59,440 nucleotides of DNA, filler included, from 4 parts of 4 records of this genome joined end to end with filler, not necessarily neighbours in it; one strand, 5' to 3'. Positions 49,975 to 59,440 are shown, counted from the first letter of the whole stretch. Translations and numbers: made by a program. The notes: generated by a model from the sequence alone, not told the origin.

Positions 49975-49995
49975 GTTTCTCCTTTTTATGATCGC

Positions 49996-50024
49996 AAAAA
50001 AAGCGGGCGGCCCGAGCCACCCAC
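49996..50024 (-). terminator. Internal terminator within the four-paralog array
   Basis: Minus strand GTGGGTGGC-TCGG-GCCGCCCGC-TTTTTTT. Confidence 0.7.
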
Positions 50025-50057
50025 TTTATAATCCGTATCCGATCAAAAGAAGGCCGA

Positions 50058-50291
50058 TCAGTTACCGACGCTGTCCTGGAAAACGAAATTCAGTGTTCCG
50101 TCTTCACCCACACGGTAGTAGTTCACGTGCTTCGTACCGAACTGGTCAGTGGATTCGATGGTAACGGGGGAACCGGCCGGTGCCTTGGTCAACGTGCCGG
50201 TCTGCGGAAGAGCGTTCGGCTGGACAGCAAAGGCTGCAGGCGCAACGGCGAGACCGGCGACGACGGCAGTGATTGCAAAAAGATTTTTCAT
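50058..50291 (-). CDS. Small secreted protein, tandem paralog 2 (77 aa, acidic)
   Basis: Signal peptide ending AFA; shared motif; AAGGA RBS. Confidence 0.82.
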   Translation of the reverse strand: MKNLFAITAVVAGLAVAPAAFAVQPNALPQTGTLTKAPAGSPVTIESTDQFGTKHVNYYRVGEDGTLNFVFQDSVGN

Positions 50292-50386
50292 GGTGTGTTT
50301 CCTTGATGCCAGCCGTTTTGATTTTTTAGGAGGCTGGCCTGGTTGTTTTTAATTTATTTGATCATGCTTCAGCAAAGATCGCCCGA

Positions 50387-50623
50387 TCAGTCGCCAGTGC
50401 CTTCCTGGAATACGAATTCCAGCGAACCATCTTCAGCAACGCGGTAGTAATTCATGTACTTCGTGCCAAACTGGTCGCGCGCTTCGATATTGACCATGGA
50501 TCCAGCCGGAGCCTTGGTCAGTGTGCCGGTGTCCGGCAGAGCGTTGGGCTGAACTGCGAAGGCTGCAGGGGCGGCAGCGAGACCGGCAGCAACAGCGGTG
50601 ATTGCAAAAAGATTTTTCATCAT
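50387..50623 (-). CDS. Small secreted protein, tandem paralog 1 (78 aa, acidic)
   Basis: Start MMKNLF after AGGAGAG; N-terminal half nearly identical to 50058-50291. Confidence 0.82.
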   Translation of the reverse strand: MMKNLFAITAVAAGLAAAPAAFAVQPNALPDTGTLTKAPAGSMVNIEARDQFGTKYMNYYRVAEDGSLEFVFQEGTGD

Positions 50624-51015
50624 TCTCTCCTGTGAACAGAAACTCTGTCTGTTGTTCGATGACCGGGAGATATGATTTGATCGAATGATTAACAAGTCTC
50701 AGAATGACGAATTTAGTGTTCGTTTTTCGTTGACAATAAACCTCTTGAAATCATAGCAACACTTCGTATGCAGATTGAAAATCATTATTTTTCAATAACT
50801 TCATGACCCTGTCCAATCGCCGGAAAGTCTCCCTAAACAAACCACTTTCCAGGGTATCACGTCGAAGTTATCGGCTTTTTTTTTACCTTCAACCTGCCTT
50901 GACGGTTCCAGGTCATCATGCAAAACCGACCTTCCAATACGTTACTGCGCATATTTGCAGATTATGGATTGTTGAACACTAGGCTCAATGTGTGATGCCG
51001 ACATACCGCACATAC

Positions 51016-51044
51016 AAAAAACCCGGCGCTTGGCGCCGGGCTTT
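51016..51044 (-). terminator. Rho-independent terminator after tal
   Basis: CCCGGCGC-N3-GCGCCGGG stem with a minus-strand T6 tail. Confidence 0.8.
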
Positions 51045-51078
51045 GAGAAAAAGTGGTCCTGATACAAATTTCCAAGAA

Positions 51079-52035
51079 TCAGACGTCGAGTTTTTCTGCA
51101 ACGATGGTGCGCAGTTTGCCAAGATCCTTGGCAAAATTACGGATACCTTCGGCAAGCTTTTCCGTCGCCATGGCATCTTCGTTCATCATCCACCGGAAAG
51201 TTTGTTCGTCCATCTTGATCTTCGGTTCCGGCTCGAATGTTTCAGGCGAAAGCTTGCGCTCCAGCGGGCCTTCATCATTGGCCAGCTCTTCCAGCAGGTT
51301 CGGCGAAATAGTCAGGCGGTCACAACCGGCCAGACCTTCGATTTCACCTGTGTTGCGGAACGACGCGCCCATGACAACCGTATCAATGCCATTTGCCTTG
51401 TAATAATTGTAGATCGAACGAACGGAAACAACGCCCGGATCCGTTTCAGATGTGTATTCTTCGCCGGTGGCATTCTTGTACCAGTCAAGGATACGACCTA
51501 CGAACGGCGAGATCAGGAACGCGCCCGCATCGGCGCAGGCAATAGCCTGGCACTTGGAGAACAGAAGCGTCAGGTTGCAGTCAATGCCTTCCTTCTGCAG
51601 CACTTCACAGGCTCGGATACCTTCCCATGTGGAAGCGAGTTTGATGAGAATCCGTTCACGGCCGATGCCGCGCGCTTCATAAGCCTTGATGATTTCGTGC
51701 GCCTTGGCAATCGAGCCTTCCATGTTGAAGGAAAGATCGGCGTCGACCTCTGTGGAAACGCGTCCGGGAACAATATCGACAAGTGCCGCGCCAACATCAA
51801 TGGCCAGACGGCTGGCAACGGCATCGACAACGGCTTCTTTCGAACCGGACTGGGCTTTGCCCCATTTGATCGCTTCTTCGATCTTGTCATCAAACATGTC
51901 GGTCGACAGCGCTTTGAGAACAATCGATGGATTGGTCGTGCAATCGACGGGTTTCAGTTTTGTAACGGCTTTGATATCGCCGGTATCGGCCACAACCGTG
52001 GTCATTTCGCGCAATTGGTCAAGTTTGGAAGCCAT
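51079..52035 (-). CDS. tal: Transaldolase
   Basis: [44 protein letters not shown] and MGASFRN. Start MASKLDQ (52035). Confidence 0.96.
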   Translation of the reverse strand: MASKLDQLREMTTVVADTGDIKAVTKLKPVDCTTNPSIVLKALSTDMFDDKIEEAIKWGKAQSGSKEAVVDAVASRLAIDVGAALVDIVPGRVSTEVDADLSFNMEGSIAKAHEIIKAYEARGIGRERILIKLASTWEGIRACEVLQKEGIDCNLTLLFSKCQAIACADAGAFLISPFVGRILDWYKNATGEEYTSETDPGVVSVRSIYNYYKANGIDTVVMGASFRNTGEIEGLAGCDRLTISPNLLEELANDEGPLERKLSPETFEPEPKIKMDEQTFRWMMNEDAMATEKLAEGIRNFAKDLGKLRTIVAEKLDV

Positions 52036-52373
52036 GATATTCATCCTTCGTAATCTGGGCCATTTCCGTTTCCTCCGCGAAGTGGAAAGAAAGGCCACAC
52101 TGCTTGAATAACGCCCGGCGGCAAAAGAGCCACCTCCCGCGCATTTGGAATTACCGATATCGCGCCGCGATGATATTTCAATGACTGTTCGCAAACATCG
52201 ACGCGGGAAGCAAGCCCGAAACCGATCGCTATCGTACGTACCGGCACGTCCGGACGCCTATTCGGGCTGTTTCACCTTATCAATCGATTTAGGTATTACC
52301 TTGATGGCGCTCAACCCGCAGTCAAAAAAAGTGATCGGTCACGCATCCGGCATCGGCATGACCGAAGCGCCGG

Positions 52374-52451
52374 TCAGCTTCGCCCGGCTTCCCAGCCCAG
52401 CATGGCGCGCTTGCGCGTCAGTCCCCAGTGATAGCCCGTCAGCGCGCCGGA
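52374..52451 (-). CDS. C-terminus of methylated-DNA-protein-cysteine methyltransferase (Ada/Ogt); not in ORF track
   Basis: Minus strand reads SGALTGYHWGLTRKRAMLGWEAGRS*. Confidence 0.8.
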   Translation of the reverse strand, partial: SGALTGYHWGLTRKRAMLGWEAGRS

Positions 52452-52452
52452 T

Positions 52453-52552
52453 NNNNNNNNNNNNNNNNNNNNNNNNNNNNNNNNNNNNNNNNNNNNTTAA
52501 TTAATTAANNNNNNNNNNNNNNNNNNNNNNNNNNNNNNNNNNNNNNNNNNNN
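52453..52552. other. Artificial contig linker
   Basis: 44 N + TTAATTAATTAA + 44 N. Confidence 0.97.
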
Positions 52553-52819
52553 CATCTTAAAAAAGATGGAAAAGAAATTATTGTAATTTCTGAAACTCAA
52601 ATGAGCAATTTTGCAGGAAACATGCTACAAGCTCAATCAGAAACAGGAGAAAAATATTTAATAATGAGTAATTCTGCTCATGAAAGTTTGCATTCTAATC
52701 AGATAAAATCTATAGAAAAATACGCTACAATTTTATCGAGCAATTTAGAAACTATAGAAACATGCGGAGGAGGAAGTGCCCGTTGTATGATGGCAGAAAT
52801 ATTTCTCCCAAAAAAATAG
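52553..52819 (+). CDS. Amidinotransferase-superfamily protein (CtlX-like), 5' partial
   Basis: Frame open from the contig edge; FAGNMLQ and IETCGGGSARCMMAE. Confidence 0.82.
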   Translation, partial: HLKKDGKEIIVISETQMSNFAGNMLQAQSETGEKYLIMSNSAHESLHSNQIKSIEKYATILSSNLETIETCGGGSARCMMAEIFLPKK

Positions 52820-52859
52820 TATATTTAAAGACCTAGCGATATAGATTTTAAAATAACTT

Positions 52860-53285
52860 ATGCTTTCAAAGAAAACAAAATATGGTTTAAAGGCACTTAC
52901 TTACATGGCCAAAAAGGAAAGTAAGAGTCCTGTGCTCATTTCAGAAATTGCAGAGCAAGAAAATATCTCCAAAAAATTTCTGGAAATTATTTTACTTCAA
53001 CTAAAAAATAGCGGTTTTTTAGGGTCGAAAAAAGGAAAGGGAGGTGGCTATTACCTCATTCGGGATCCCGAAAAAATAACTGTAGCTTCTCTAATTAGAG
53101 TACTAGAAGGCCCTATTGCAATGCTTCCTTGTGTAAGTCTTAATTTTTACGAAAAATGTGATGATTGTAAAAATGAAGAAGCTTGCTCGCTAAGTAGGTT
53201 AATGATAGAGGTTAGAGATAGTACCTTAAAAGTATTAGAAAATAAAACTTTGGCAGATTTAACTAGATCTACTTTAACCGCTTAA
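52860..53285 (+). CDS. Rrf2-family transcriptional regulator
   Basis: KYGLKAL, FLE.IL..LK..G...S.KG.GGGY.L and a Cys cluster (C..C..C..C). Confidence 0.92.
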   Translation: MLSKKTKYGLKALTYMAKKESKSPVLISEIAEQENISKKFLEIILLQLKNSGFLGSKKGKGGGYYLIRDPEKITVASLIRVLEGPIAMLPCVSLNFYEKCDDCKNEEACSLSRLMIEVRDSTLKVLENKTLADLTRSTLTA

Positions 53286-53339
53286 GATGCTTATTTTTAG
53301 TTAGTTGAAAAATTATTCTGTGATTTTTTTGTTAAAAAC

Positions 53340-53370
53340 CTAGTAATTAACTAGACTATTAATATCTTTG
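53340..53370 (+). promoter_or_regulatory. cysH promoter with palindromic operator
   Basis: CTAGT-AATTA-ACTAG (53340-53354) and Bacteroidetes -7 box TATCTTTG (53363-53370). Confidence 0.55.
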
Positions 53371-53395
53371 CTTTTTAGTATAGAAATAAAGAGTT

Positions 53396-54007
53396 ATGGA
53401 TTTAGTAGAAATAAATAAAAATTTAAAAGATAAATCTCCTTCGGAAATTGTAAAATGGGCATTGACTCAAGGTCAAAATCCTGTTGTAACCACAAATTTC
53501 CGTCCGTATGAAGCAGCTATTTTACACGCTACCACTTCAGAAAAAAAAGAGCTTCCTGTAATTTGGTGTGATACAGGTTACAATACCAATAAAACTTATT
53601 TACATGCAGAGCGTTTAATAAAATCTTTGGCATTAAATATTAAATTATATGTTCCTAAACAAACGGTAGCACACAGAAATATGGTAATGGGAATTCCTAG
53701 TATTGAAGACCCTTTGCATAAAGTGTTTACAGAACAGGTTAAGTTAGAGCCATTTAAGAGAGCAATGGCAGAAAATAAACCGGATATATGGTTTACAAAC
53801 CTTAGAAAAGGACAAACAGCATTTAGAGATAGTTTGGATATTGTAACCAAAGGAAATGATGGTGTTTTAAAAGTGAGTCCATTTTATTATTATTCAGATG
53901 AAGAGTTAGATGTTTATTTGGAGGCTCATAATCTAGAAAACGAATTTAATTATTTTGATCCTACCAAGGTTTTAGAGAATAGGGAGTGTGGCTTACATGT
54001 AAGCTAA
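53396..54007 (+). CDS. cysH: PAPS/APS reductase-family protein
   Basis: DTGY, K.EP, R..QT..R and C-terminal ECGLH. Confidence 0.85.
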   Translation: MDLVEINKNLKDKSPSEIVKWALTQGQNPVVTTNFRPYEAAILHATTSEKKELPVIWCDTGYNTNKTYLHAERLIKSLALNIKLYVPKQTVAHRNMVMGIPSIEDPLHKVFTEQVKLEPFKRAMAENKPDIWFTNLRKGQTAFRDSLDIVTKGNDGVLKVSPFYYYSDEELDVYLEAHNLENEFNYFDPTKVLENRECGLHVS

Positions 54008-54031
54008 AAAAAATAGTTTAAGATATTCTGG

Positions 54032-54062
54032 AAGGGGATTGCTAGCAGCAATCCCCTTTTTT
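54032..54062 (+). terminator. Rho-independent terminator after cysH
   Basis: AAGGGGATTGCT-AGC-AGCAATCCCCTT-TTTT. Confidence 0.85.
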
Positions 54063-54194
54063 GGTTTAATCCCTAATAGAGAATTTAATTTGTTTATAAG
54101 CTAAGTCTTTAAGTAAAGTCGGATTTTATGTAAATTAAATTCTACATTAGGAATTATAATTGACAAGATATTCTTATTTTTAAGGAAAATAAAA

Positions 54195-54854
54195 GTGATG
54201 AAAAAGAAAGTAGCATATTTATACGTTATCATAATAGTTGGATGTTTTTCTTGTGGTCCAAAAATAATTCAAGAGCCTATTGTTTTTGACGAGGAAAGGA
54301 GTAATTTAACCTTGAGTTATATGGAAGAACATTATGGAATAAGGCAAGAAGAGCCAACTATTATTCCTAAAATGATAGTGGTTCATTGGACAGAAATTCC
54401 CACGTTTCAAAAAACGGTTGATGCTTTTTATGAAGCTAATTTGCCAGAGCATAGAAATGCTATTGCAGGCGCAGGAAGCTTGAATGTTTCCTCTCAGTTT
54501 GTAGTGGATCAAGATGGAATTATTTATAATTTAATGCCAGAAACTACTATGGCTCGCCATGTAATAGGTTTAAATCATTGTGCTATTGGGATAGAAAATG
54601 TAGGAGGCTCAGATTTACCCTTAACAGATGCACAGTTGAGAGCCAATGTAAAGTTGATAAAATATTTGAAAAAGAAGTATCCAATTGATTATGTTATTGG
54701 TCATTATGAATATCAATTATTTGAGAAAACCGACTTATGGCTTGAAAAAGACGATAGTTATAGAACTGTGAAAACAGACCCGAATAAAGAATTTATGAAA
54801 GAAATAAGAAAGAGAATTAAAAAATTAGATATAAAACCATTACCTAAAGGATAA
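54195..54854 (+). CDS. N-acetylmuramoyl-L-alanine amidase (Amidase_2), lipoprotein
   Basis: FSC lipobox; IVVHWT, ARH..G.N..IGIEN.G, IGH.E and KTDP. Confidence 0.85.
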   Translation: MMKKKVAYLYVIIIVGCFSCGPKIIQEPIVFDEERSNLTLSYMEEHYGIRQEEPTIIPKMIVVHWTEIPTFQKTVDAFYEANLPEHRNAIAGAGSLNVSSQFVVDQDGIIYNLMPETTMARHVIGLNHCAIGIENVGGSDLPLTDAQLRANVKLIKYLKKKYPIDYVIGHYEYQLFEKTDLWLEKDDSYRTVKTDPNKEFMKEIRKRIKKLDIKPLPKG

Positions 54855-54860
54855 GTACCA

Positions 54861-56330
54861 ATGAATAAGAATATAAGAAAAATTATACTCTCGATATTTT
54901 TTATAGGAAGCTTTTTATCGATTTCAGCACAAGGCTTTTACAATGAACTATTTGAAAAATACGATAGCTATAAAGAGGAAAGTATTACAATTAGAAGGTT
55001 TACGCACAGTAAAATAATGCCTTTAATTGAAGAATTAAAACCTGATTCTTTTTTTGAAGTGAATAAAGTAGGAACTTCCATAAAAGGGAAGAGTTTAAAT
55101 TTAATAAGCTTTGGAGAAGGAGAGGTGGATGTTTTTCTTTGGTCGCAAATGCATGGCGATGAATCTACTGCTACCATGGCGATTTTTGATATTATGAACT
55201 TTTTTAAATCAACAGATTTTCAGAAGGAAAAAGAAGAGATGCTGTCCAATTTAAGGATTCATTTCTTGCCCATGTTAAACCCAGATGGAGCCGAATTGTT
55301 TACCAGAAGAAATGCTTTAGGAGTAGATATAAATAGAGATGCTGTTAGATTACAATCTCCAGAAAGTAAAACATTAAAGCGGGTTCGAGATAGTTTGGAA
55401 GCCGATTTTGGTTTTAATTTACACGATCAAAGTACGTATTACAATGCTAATAGAACTTCAAAGCCAGCAACTATTTCTTATTTAGCGCCTGCATATAATT
55501 ATGAAAAGGAGGTGAATAATGTTAGGGAAAATGCCATGAAACTTATTGGGTATATGAATGGAATTCTTCAAAAATATGCACCAGGACAAGTAGGGAGGTA
55601 TAATGATGATTTTGAGCCGCGTGCATTTGGAGATAATATTCAGAAATGGGGAACAAGTGTTGTTTTAATAGAGTCTGGTGGATATCCAAATGACCCTGAA
55701 AAGCAATTTATCAGAAAGTTGAATTTCGTAACTATTTTATCTGCAATTAGAGCAATTGCAACCAAAGAGTATGAGAAATCATCTAAAGAAGAATATTTTA
55801 AAATCCCTGAAAACGACAGGAAATTATTCGACTTAAAACTAATAGGGGTTCAGTACGAATTATTAGGAAATACGTATACCGTAGATTTAGGAATAGATAG
55901 TAGGGAGGTGTCTGCTCATACCGAATCTGGTTATTATTACAAAGCAGGAGTATCGGATATGGGAGATTTATCTACGTATTATGGGTATAAAGAGTTTGAA
56001 GCATCTGCTTACGCAGTAGTTGCTCCAAAGGTATATCCGGAGACATTCTCAACTATAAATGCTGTTGTAGAAAAAGGGGTTTCTTCATTTTTAAAAGAAG
56101 GGTTTGCTTACGTAAAAGTGGAACACCTTCCTGAAGATAAAGATGCTATAAATATTCCTTTACACGTTATTTCAGATAAAAAAAATACAGCTGTGAATTT
56201 ATATGTGGACGCTAATCCAACTTTTTTCTTGAAGAAGAATGATTCCTTAGAATATTTAATTATTAATGGAAATTTAGTGGATTTAAAAAAACCAGAACAA
56301 GATTTTAGTAATGCACTAATTTATAAATAA
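54861..56330 (+). CDS. M14 zinc carboxypeptidase-family protein
   Basis: Signal peptide; HGDE, NPDG, DINRD, NLHDQ and LIESG. Confidence 0.88.
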   Translation: MNKNIRKIILSIFFIGSFLSISAQGFYNELFEKYDSYKEESITIRRFTHSKIMPLIEELKPDSFFEVNKVGTSIKGKSLNLISFGEGEVDVFLWSQMHGDESTATMAIFDIMNFFKSTDFQKEKEEMLSNLRIHFLPMLNPDGAELFTRRNALGVDINRDAVRLQSPESKTLKRVRDSLEADFGFNLHDQSTYYNANRTSKPATISYLAPAYNYEKEVNNVRENAMKLIGYMNGILQKYAPGQVGRYNDDFEPRAFGDNIQKWGTSVVLIESGGYPNDPEKQFIRKLNFVTILSAIRAIATKEYEKSSKEEYFKIPENDRKLFDLKLIGVQYELLGNTYTVDLGIDSREVSAHTESGYYYKAGVSDMGDLSTYYGYKEFEASAYAVVAPKVYPETFSTINAVVEKGVSSFLKEGFAYVKVEHLPEDKDAINIPLHVISDKKNTAVNLYVDANPTFFLKKNDSLEYLIINGNLVDLKKPEQDFSNALIYK

Positions 56331-56459
56331 GCTATTATTCTATTATGAATAAACCTGAGTTATATGGTTTATAGTGAGTTGTTTAATGGATTTTAATAAA
56401 AATATGAAACTTATTTATTCCTTTTGTAGAGTGGATTTTCTTGGCTATAATTAATCCTT

Positions 56460-57944
56460 CTATGAGGGTTTCTTCTGAATTAATTCTTTAAGAAAGGAAA
56501 AACTCATTATAGGAATAAAAAGGGCAAAAGGTAGGGAGGTAATAATTAATAGTTTCTGAAGCGCAATAAGGACATCAATTTCTTTTTTGGCATTTCCTAG
56601 AATTAGCATTGCAATACTAAAAATAGCAATTACGAAAGACCAAACTATGCGGTGCGATTTTTTAGGTTTTGGATTGCCTTTATCGCTAAACATACTTAAT
56701 ACAAAAATAGCAGAATCTACAGAGGTTAATAAAAAGCCAATGAGGAGTATTACAATGGTGGAGTTTATTATAAATTGAAGGGGATATTGTTTGAAAAAGA
56801 TAAAAATAGAAGTAAATACATCCCCAAATTCATTATTATAATTGTTCCAACCCTCAATTAGGAGGAAGGCATTTTCGCCAAAAGCTGTAAACCATAAGAA
56901 AGAACCTAAAGAAGGAATAATCATTACGCCAAGGAGCATTTCTCTTAATGTTCTTCCTTTAGAAATCCGTGCTATAAAAACCCCAGTAAAAGGTGCCCAA
57001 GCTAACCAAAAAGCCCAATAATAGTAGGTCCAATCTGTAAGAAATTGCTTTCCAGGATTATATTTTCCTAGTGCCAAACTAAGTGGAATAAAATCTTTTA
57101 GATACTGAAATAGAGCATTTATAAACTGTTTTAGAATTAATAGAATATCGCTTTGCGATAAAACAAAAACTAGCAGTAAGAGCGTAATAAAGATGTTTAC
57201 TTTAGAAATGTTTTTTATGCCTTTATTTATTCCTTTCCATGCAGATAAAAAGGCAAATCCGCAGATAATTATTGTCAATATAATAGCTGAGGTAACGTCT
57301 AAATTTATCTTTAGTAAATGTTGAAGTCCGCCATTAATTTGTGTAGTCCCTAGGCCAACGGCACCAACAAGTCCAAAAACGGTAGCGAGCATAACTAAAA
57401 TGTCTATTCCATTTAAAACTCCTGAATTTTTAAAATTAGGAGCTACAGTACTACTAATTAATGCCTGTTTGTTTTTTGTAAATAAATAATGCCCAATAAC
57501 CAATGCAAAAAGTCCATAAAAAGCCCATGCAGTAAAGCCCCATTGGTAAAAGGTGTATTCAAGTGCAATTGTTTGTTTGCTAGCGTCGGTTTGTATGGGC
57601 GGGTTTAAGTACATATAGACAGGCTCCTGTACTGCACGAAGTAAAATTCCAGCTCCCATTCCAGCACTATAAAGCATTGAGATCCATGCCCAGCGAGAAT
57701 ATTCTGGTCTGTCGTTAGTATTACCTAAACGTAATTTTCCTAATGGAGAGATTGCAATTCCAAGTAAAAATAGCACACAAAAAAGGCCTAAATACAGATA
57801 GAAATTCCCAAACCAGTTGCGTATCCAAATGGATATATTTTCAATAGAAGTATAGCTAAGAGAAGGGAAAATAAAGATAAGAATAGCCAGAAAGACTAAA
57901 ATGCTTACCGATATTACTAATAATCTATTTTTAAAAATTTCCAA
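56460..57944 (-). CDS. BCCT-family transporter
   Basis: PEYS..W.SML.SAGMG.G, WG..AW..Y and WT.YYWA.W.AWAPF.G.FIARISKGRT.RE. Confidence 0.92.
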   Translation of the reverse strand: MEIFKNRLLVISVSILVFLAILIFIFPSLSYTSIENISIWIRNWFGNFYLYLGLFCVLFLLGIAISPLGKLRLGNTNDRPEYSRWAWISMLYSAGMGAGILLRAVQEPVYMYLNPPIQTDASKQTIALEYTFYQWGFTAWAFYGLFALVIGHYLFTKNKQALISSTVAPNFKNSGVLNGIDILVMLATVFGLVGAVGLGTTQINGGLQHLLKINLDVTSAIILTIIICGFAFLSAWKGINKGIKNISKVNIFITLLLLVFVLSQSDILLILKQFINALFQYLKDFIPLSLALGKYNPGKQFLTDWTYYYWAFWLAWAPFTGVFIARISKGRTLREMLLGVMIIPSLGSFLWFTAFGENAFLLIEGWNNYNNEFGDVFTSIFIFFKQYPLQFIINSTIVILLIGFLLTSVDSAIFVLSMFSDKGNPKPKKSHRIVWSFVIAIFSIAMLILGNAKKEIDVLIALQKLLIITSLPFALFIPIMSFSFLKELIQKKPS

Positions 57945-57965
57945 AAAATTATTTTGATTAAGATA

Positions 57966-58391
57966 TTAAATATTGCCGCTTAGATTAGATAAATGTTTGA
58001 TTTTGTAGGAAGAGATATTCTTTATAAAGTTATGAATCTCTTTTGTTTTAGCAACAATTCTTATAAAATGGTGGTCTTTATGGAAGGTATATTCTTGAGG
58101 AGCACTTTTATATAAAGAAAGTTTGTAAAATGGAATCAACAATCCATAAGTATCTGTTAGCGCTATAAATTTAATAACAATCCCTTTTGTTCTAATTTCA
58201 ATGTTGCAAGTATCTATATTGTTATTGAGAATTAATAAGTTTTTAATCTGAATACTGGTAGTTATAATAAATAAGTTAGGGGAGTGACTTTTGCCTATTT
58301 CAACTCTTTCTTTTAGAGGAAGAACATTACCTACTTCATTTAGAAGTATTTCTTTTTGAAAAGAATTTGTATTAGAAAAATTGATTAGCAT
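57966..58391 (-). CDS. Hypothetical protein
   Basis: 141-aa ORF divergent from argS; CNIE.R.KGI...F and IPFYKL. Confidence 0.6.
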   Translation of the reverse strand: MLINFSNTNSFQKEILLNEVGNVLPLKERVEIGKSHSPNLFIITTSIQIKNLLILNNNIDTCNIEIRTKGIVIKFIALTDTYGLLIPFYKLSLYKSAPQEYTFHKDHHFIRIVAKTKEIHNFIKNISSYKIKHLSNLSGNI

Positions 58392-58500
58392 TCTTTAAAG
58401 ATAGATTTTTATCGGCGTTCAGCAGAAATAAAAATCATTTTTTCGATGTAAAGATTTGTTTTTATCCTTGCTTCAAGGGTAATAACTTTTTCAAAATCCG

Positions 58501-58508
58501 TATCTTTG
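58501..58508 (+). promoter_or_regulatory. Bacteroidetes -7 promoter box of argS
   Basis: TATCTTTG (TAnnTTTG), 20 bp before the ATG. Confidence 0.65.
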
Positions 58509-58528
58509 CACCCAAATTTTTCATAAAA

Positions 58529-59440
58529 ATGAACATTCAGGATATTATAATTACCAAAGTTAAAGAAGCAATACATTCTATTTTTGATAAAGAATTAGAA
58601 ACTGTTGAATTACAGGCTACTCGTAAGGAGTTTGAAGGGGATATTACGGTAGTTATTTTTCCTATGTTGCGTACTATAAAAGGAAATCCGCAACTTATAG
58701 GAGAACAAATAGGAACTTATTTGGAGGCTAATGTTACTGAGATTGAAAAATTTAATGTGGTAAAAGGTTTTTTAAACCTTGTAATTTCAGATTCATATTT
58801 CCTTCAATTTTTTAGTGATATAAAAAATGACGAAGTGTATGGTTTTGAAACTCCTAAAGGAGGAGATAAAGCTATTATGGTAGAATATTCTTCTCCAAAC
58901 ACTAATAAACCTTTGCACTTAGGACATATTAGAAATAATTTATTAGGGTATTCTGTTGCTGAAATTATTAAAGCATCTGGAAAAAAAGTATATAAGACTC
59001 AAATTATAAACGACCGTGGAATCCATATTTGTAAGTCAATGTTGGCCTGGCAAAAATTTGGAAATGGAGAGACTCCAGCATCCACTGGATTAAAAGGAGA
59101 TAAGCTCGTTGGGAATTATTATGTAGCTTTTGATAAAGCTTATAAGGCTGAAATTGAAGAATTAATAGCTAATGGAGTAGATAAAAAAGTAGCAGAAAAA
59201 GAAGCGCCAATTTTACTGGAAGCTCAAAATATGCTTAGAAAATGGGAAGCTGGAGATGAAGAAGTTGCAAAGCTTTGGGAAACCATGAATGGTTGGGTTT
59301 ACGACGGATTTGCTATTACCTATAAAAATTTAGGAGTCGATTTTGACCAATTATATTACGAGAGTAATACCTATTTATTAGGAAAGGATGTGGTTGCCGA
59401 TGGTTTGGAAAGAGGTGTTTTCTTTAAAAAAGAAGATGGC
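58529..59440 (+). CDS. argS: Arginine--tRNA ligase, 3' partial (not in ORF track)
   Basis: ATG at 58529, open to the window end; TRKEFEGD, GFLN, VEYSSPNTNKPLHLGHIRN and NDRGIHICKSM. Confidence 0.95.
   Translation, partial: MNIQDIIITKVKEAIHSIFDKELETVELQATRKEFEGDITVVIFPMLRTIKGNPQLIGEQIGTYLEANVTEIEKFNVVKGFLNLVISDSYFLQFFSDIKNDEVYGFETPKGGDKAIMVEYSSPNTNKPLHLGHIRNNLLGYSVAEIIKASGKKVYKTQIINDRGIHICKSMLAWQKFGNGETPASTGLKGDKLVGNYYVAFDKAYKAEIEELIANGVDKKVAEKEAPILLEAQNMLRKWEAGDEEVAKLWETMNGWVYDGFAITYKNLGVDFDQLYYESNTYLLGKDVVADGLERGVFFKKEDG

Noticed and set aside
50058-50623. LPxTG sortase motifs (LPQTG, LPDTG)
   Set aside because: They are near the N-terminus with no following TM segment or basic tail, the host is Gram-negative, and the paralogs have VPKTG.
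50992-52053. 353-aa + strand ORF
   Set aside because: Antisense shadow of tal.
45826-52452. Horizontal transfer of an alphaproteobacterial block into a flavobacterium
   Set aside because: Bounded by artificial linkers and made of housekeeping genes; it is a separate contig.
52145-52452. 119-aa + strand ORF
   Set aside because: Ends in the linker and overlaps the recognisable minus-strand Ada/Ogt C-terminus.

Overview
The window is not one locus. It is four sequence pieces joined by three identical artificial 100-bp linkers (44 N + TTAATTAATTAA + 44 N) at 29856-29955, 45726-45825 and 52453-52552. Piece 1 (1-29855, Flavobacteriaceae-like) is an accessory island. It begins with the 3' end of a tyrosine integrase and a degenerate tRNA-Asp remnant (probable att site). 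About 29 kb of regulator-oxidoreductase modules follow (5 AraC, 2 HxlR, Crp, OxyR-like LysR; SDRs, NmrA, AKR, DoxX, esterase), plus a ~10-kb co-directional TonB-receptor/MFS/MBL cluster, three ~150-bp IS21-like miniature elements and a HipBA-like toxin-antitoxin pair. Piece 2 (29956-45725, Flavobacteriaceae-like) holds hydroxyproline epimerase and a D-amino-acid dehydrogenase next to an S9 peptidase, a GH127/GH146 beta-L-arabinofuranosidase, DUF885, DUF5695, GH43, an AraR-like Nudix regulator and GH51. This is a candidate locus for degrading arabinosylated hydroxyproline-rich glycoproteins. Piece 3 (45826-52452, GC-richer, Rhizobiales-like) has partial cyoA, pgi, four tandem paralogous small secreted proteins, tal and the C-terminus of Ada/Ogt. 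Piece 4 (52553-59440, AT-rich Flavobacteriaceae-like) has partial ctlX-like, Rrf2, cysH-like, amidase, M14 peptidase, BCCT transporter and partial argS. All family and taxon calls come from motif recognition by eye; no searches were run.
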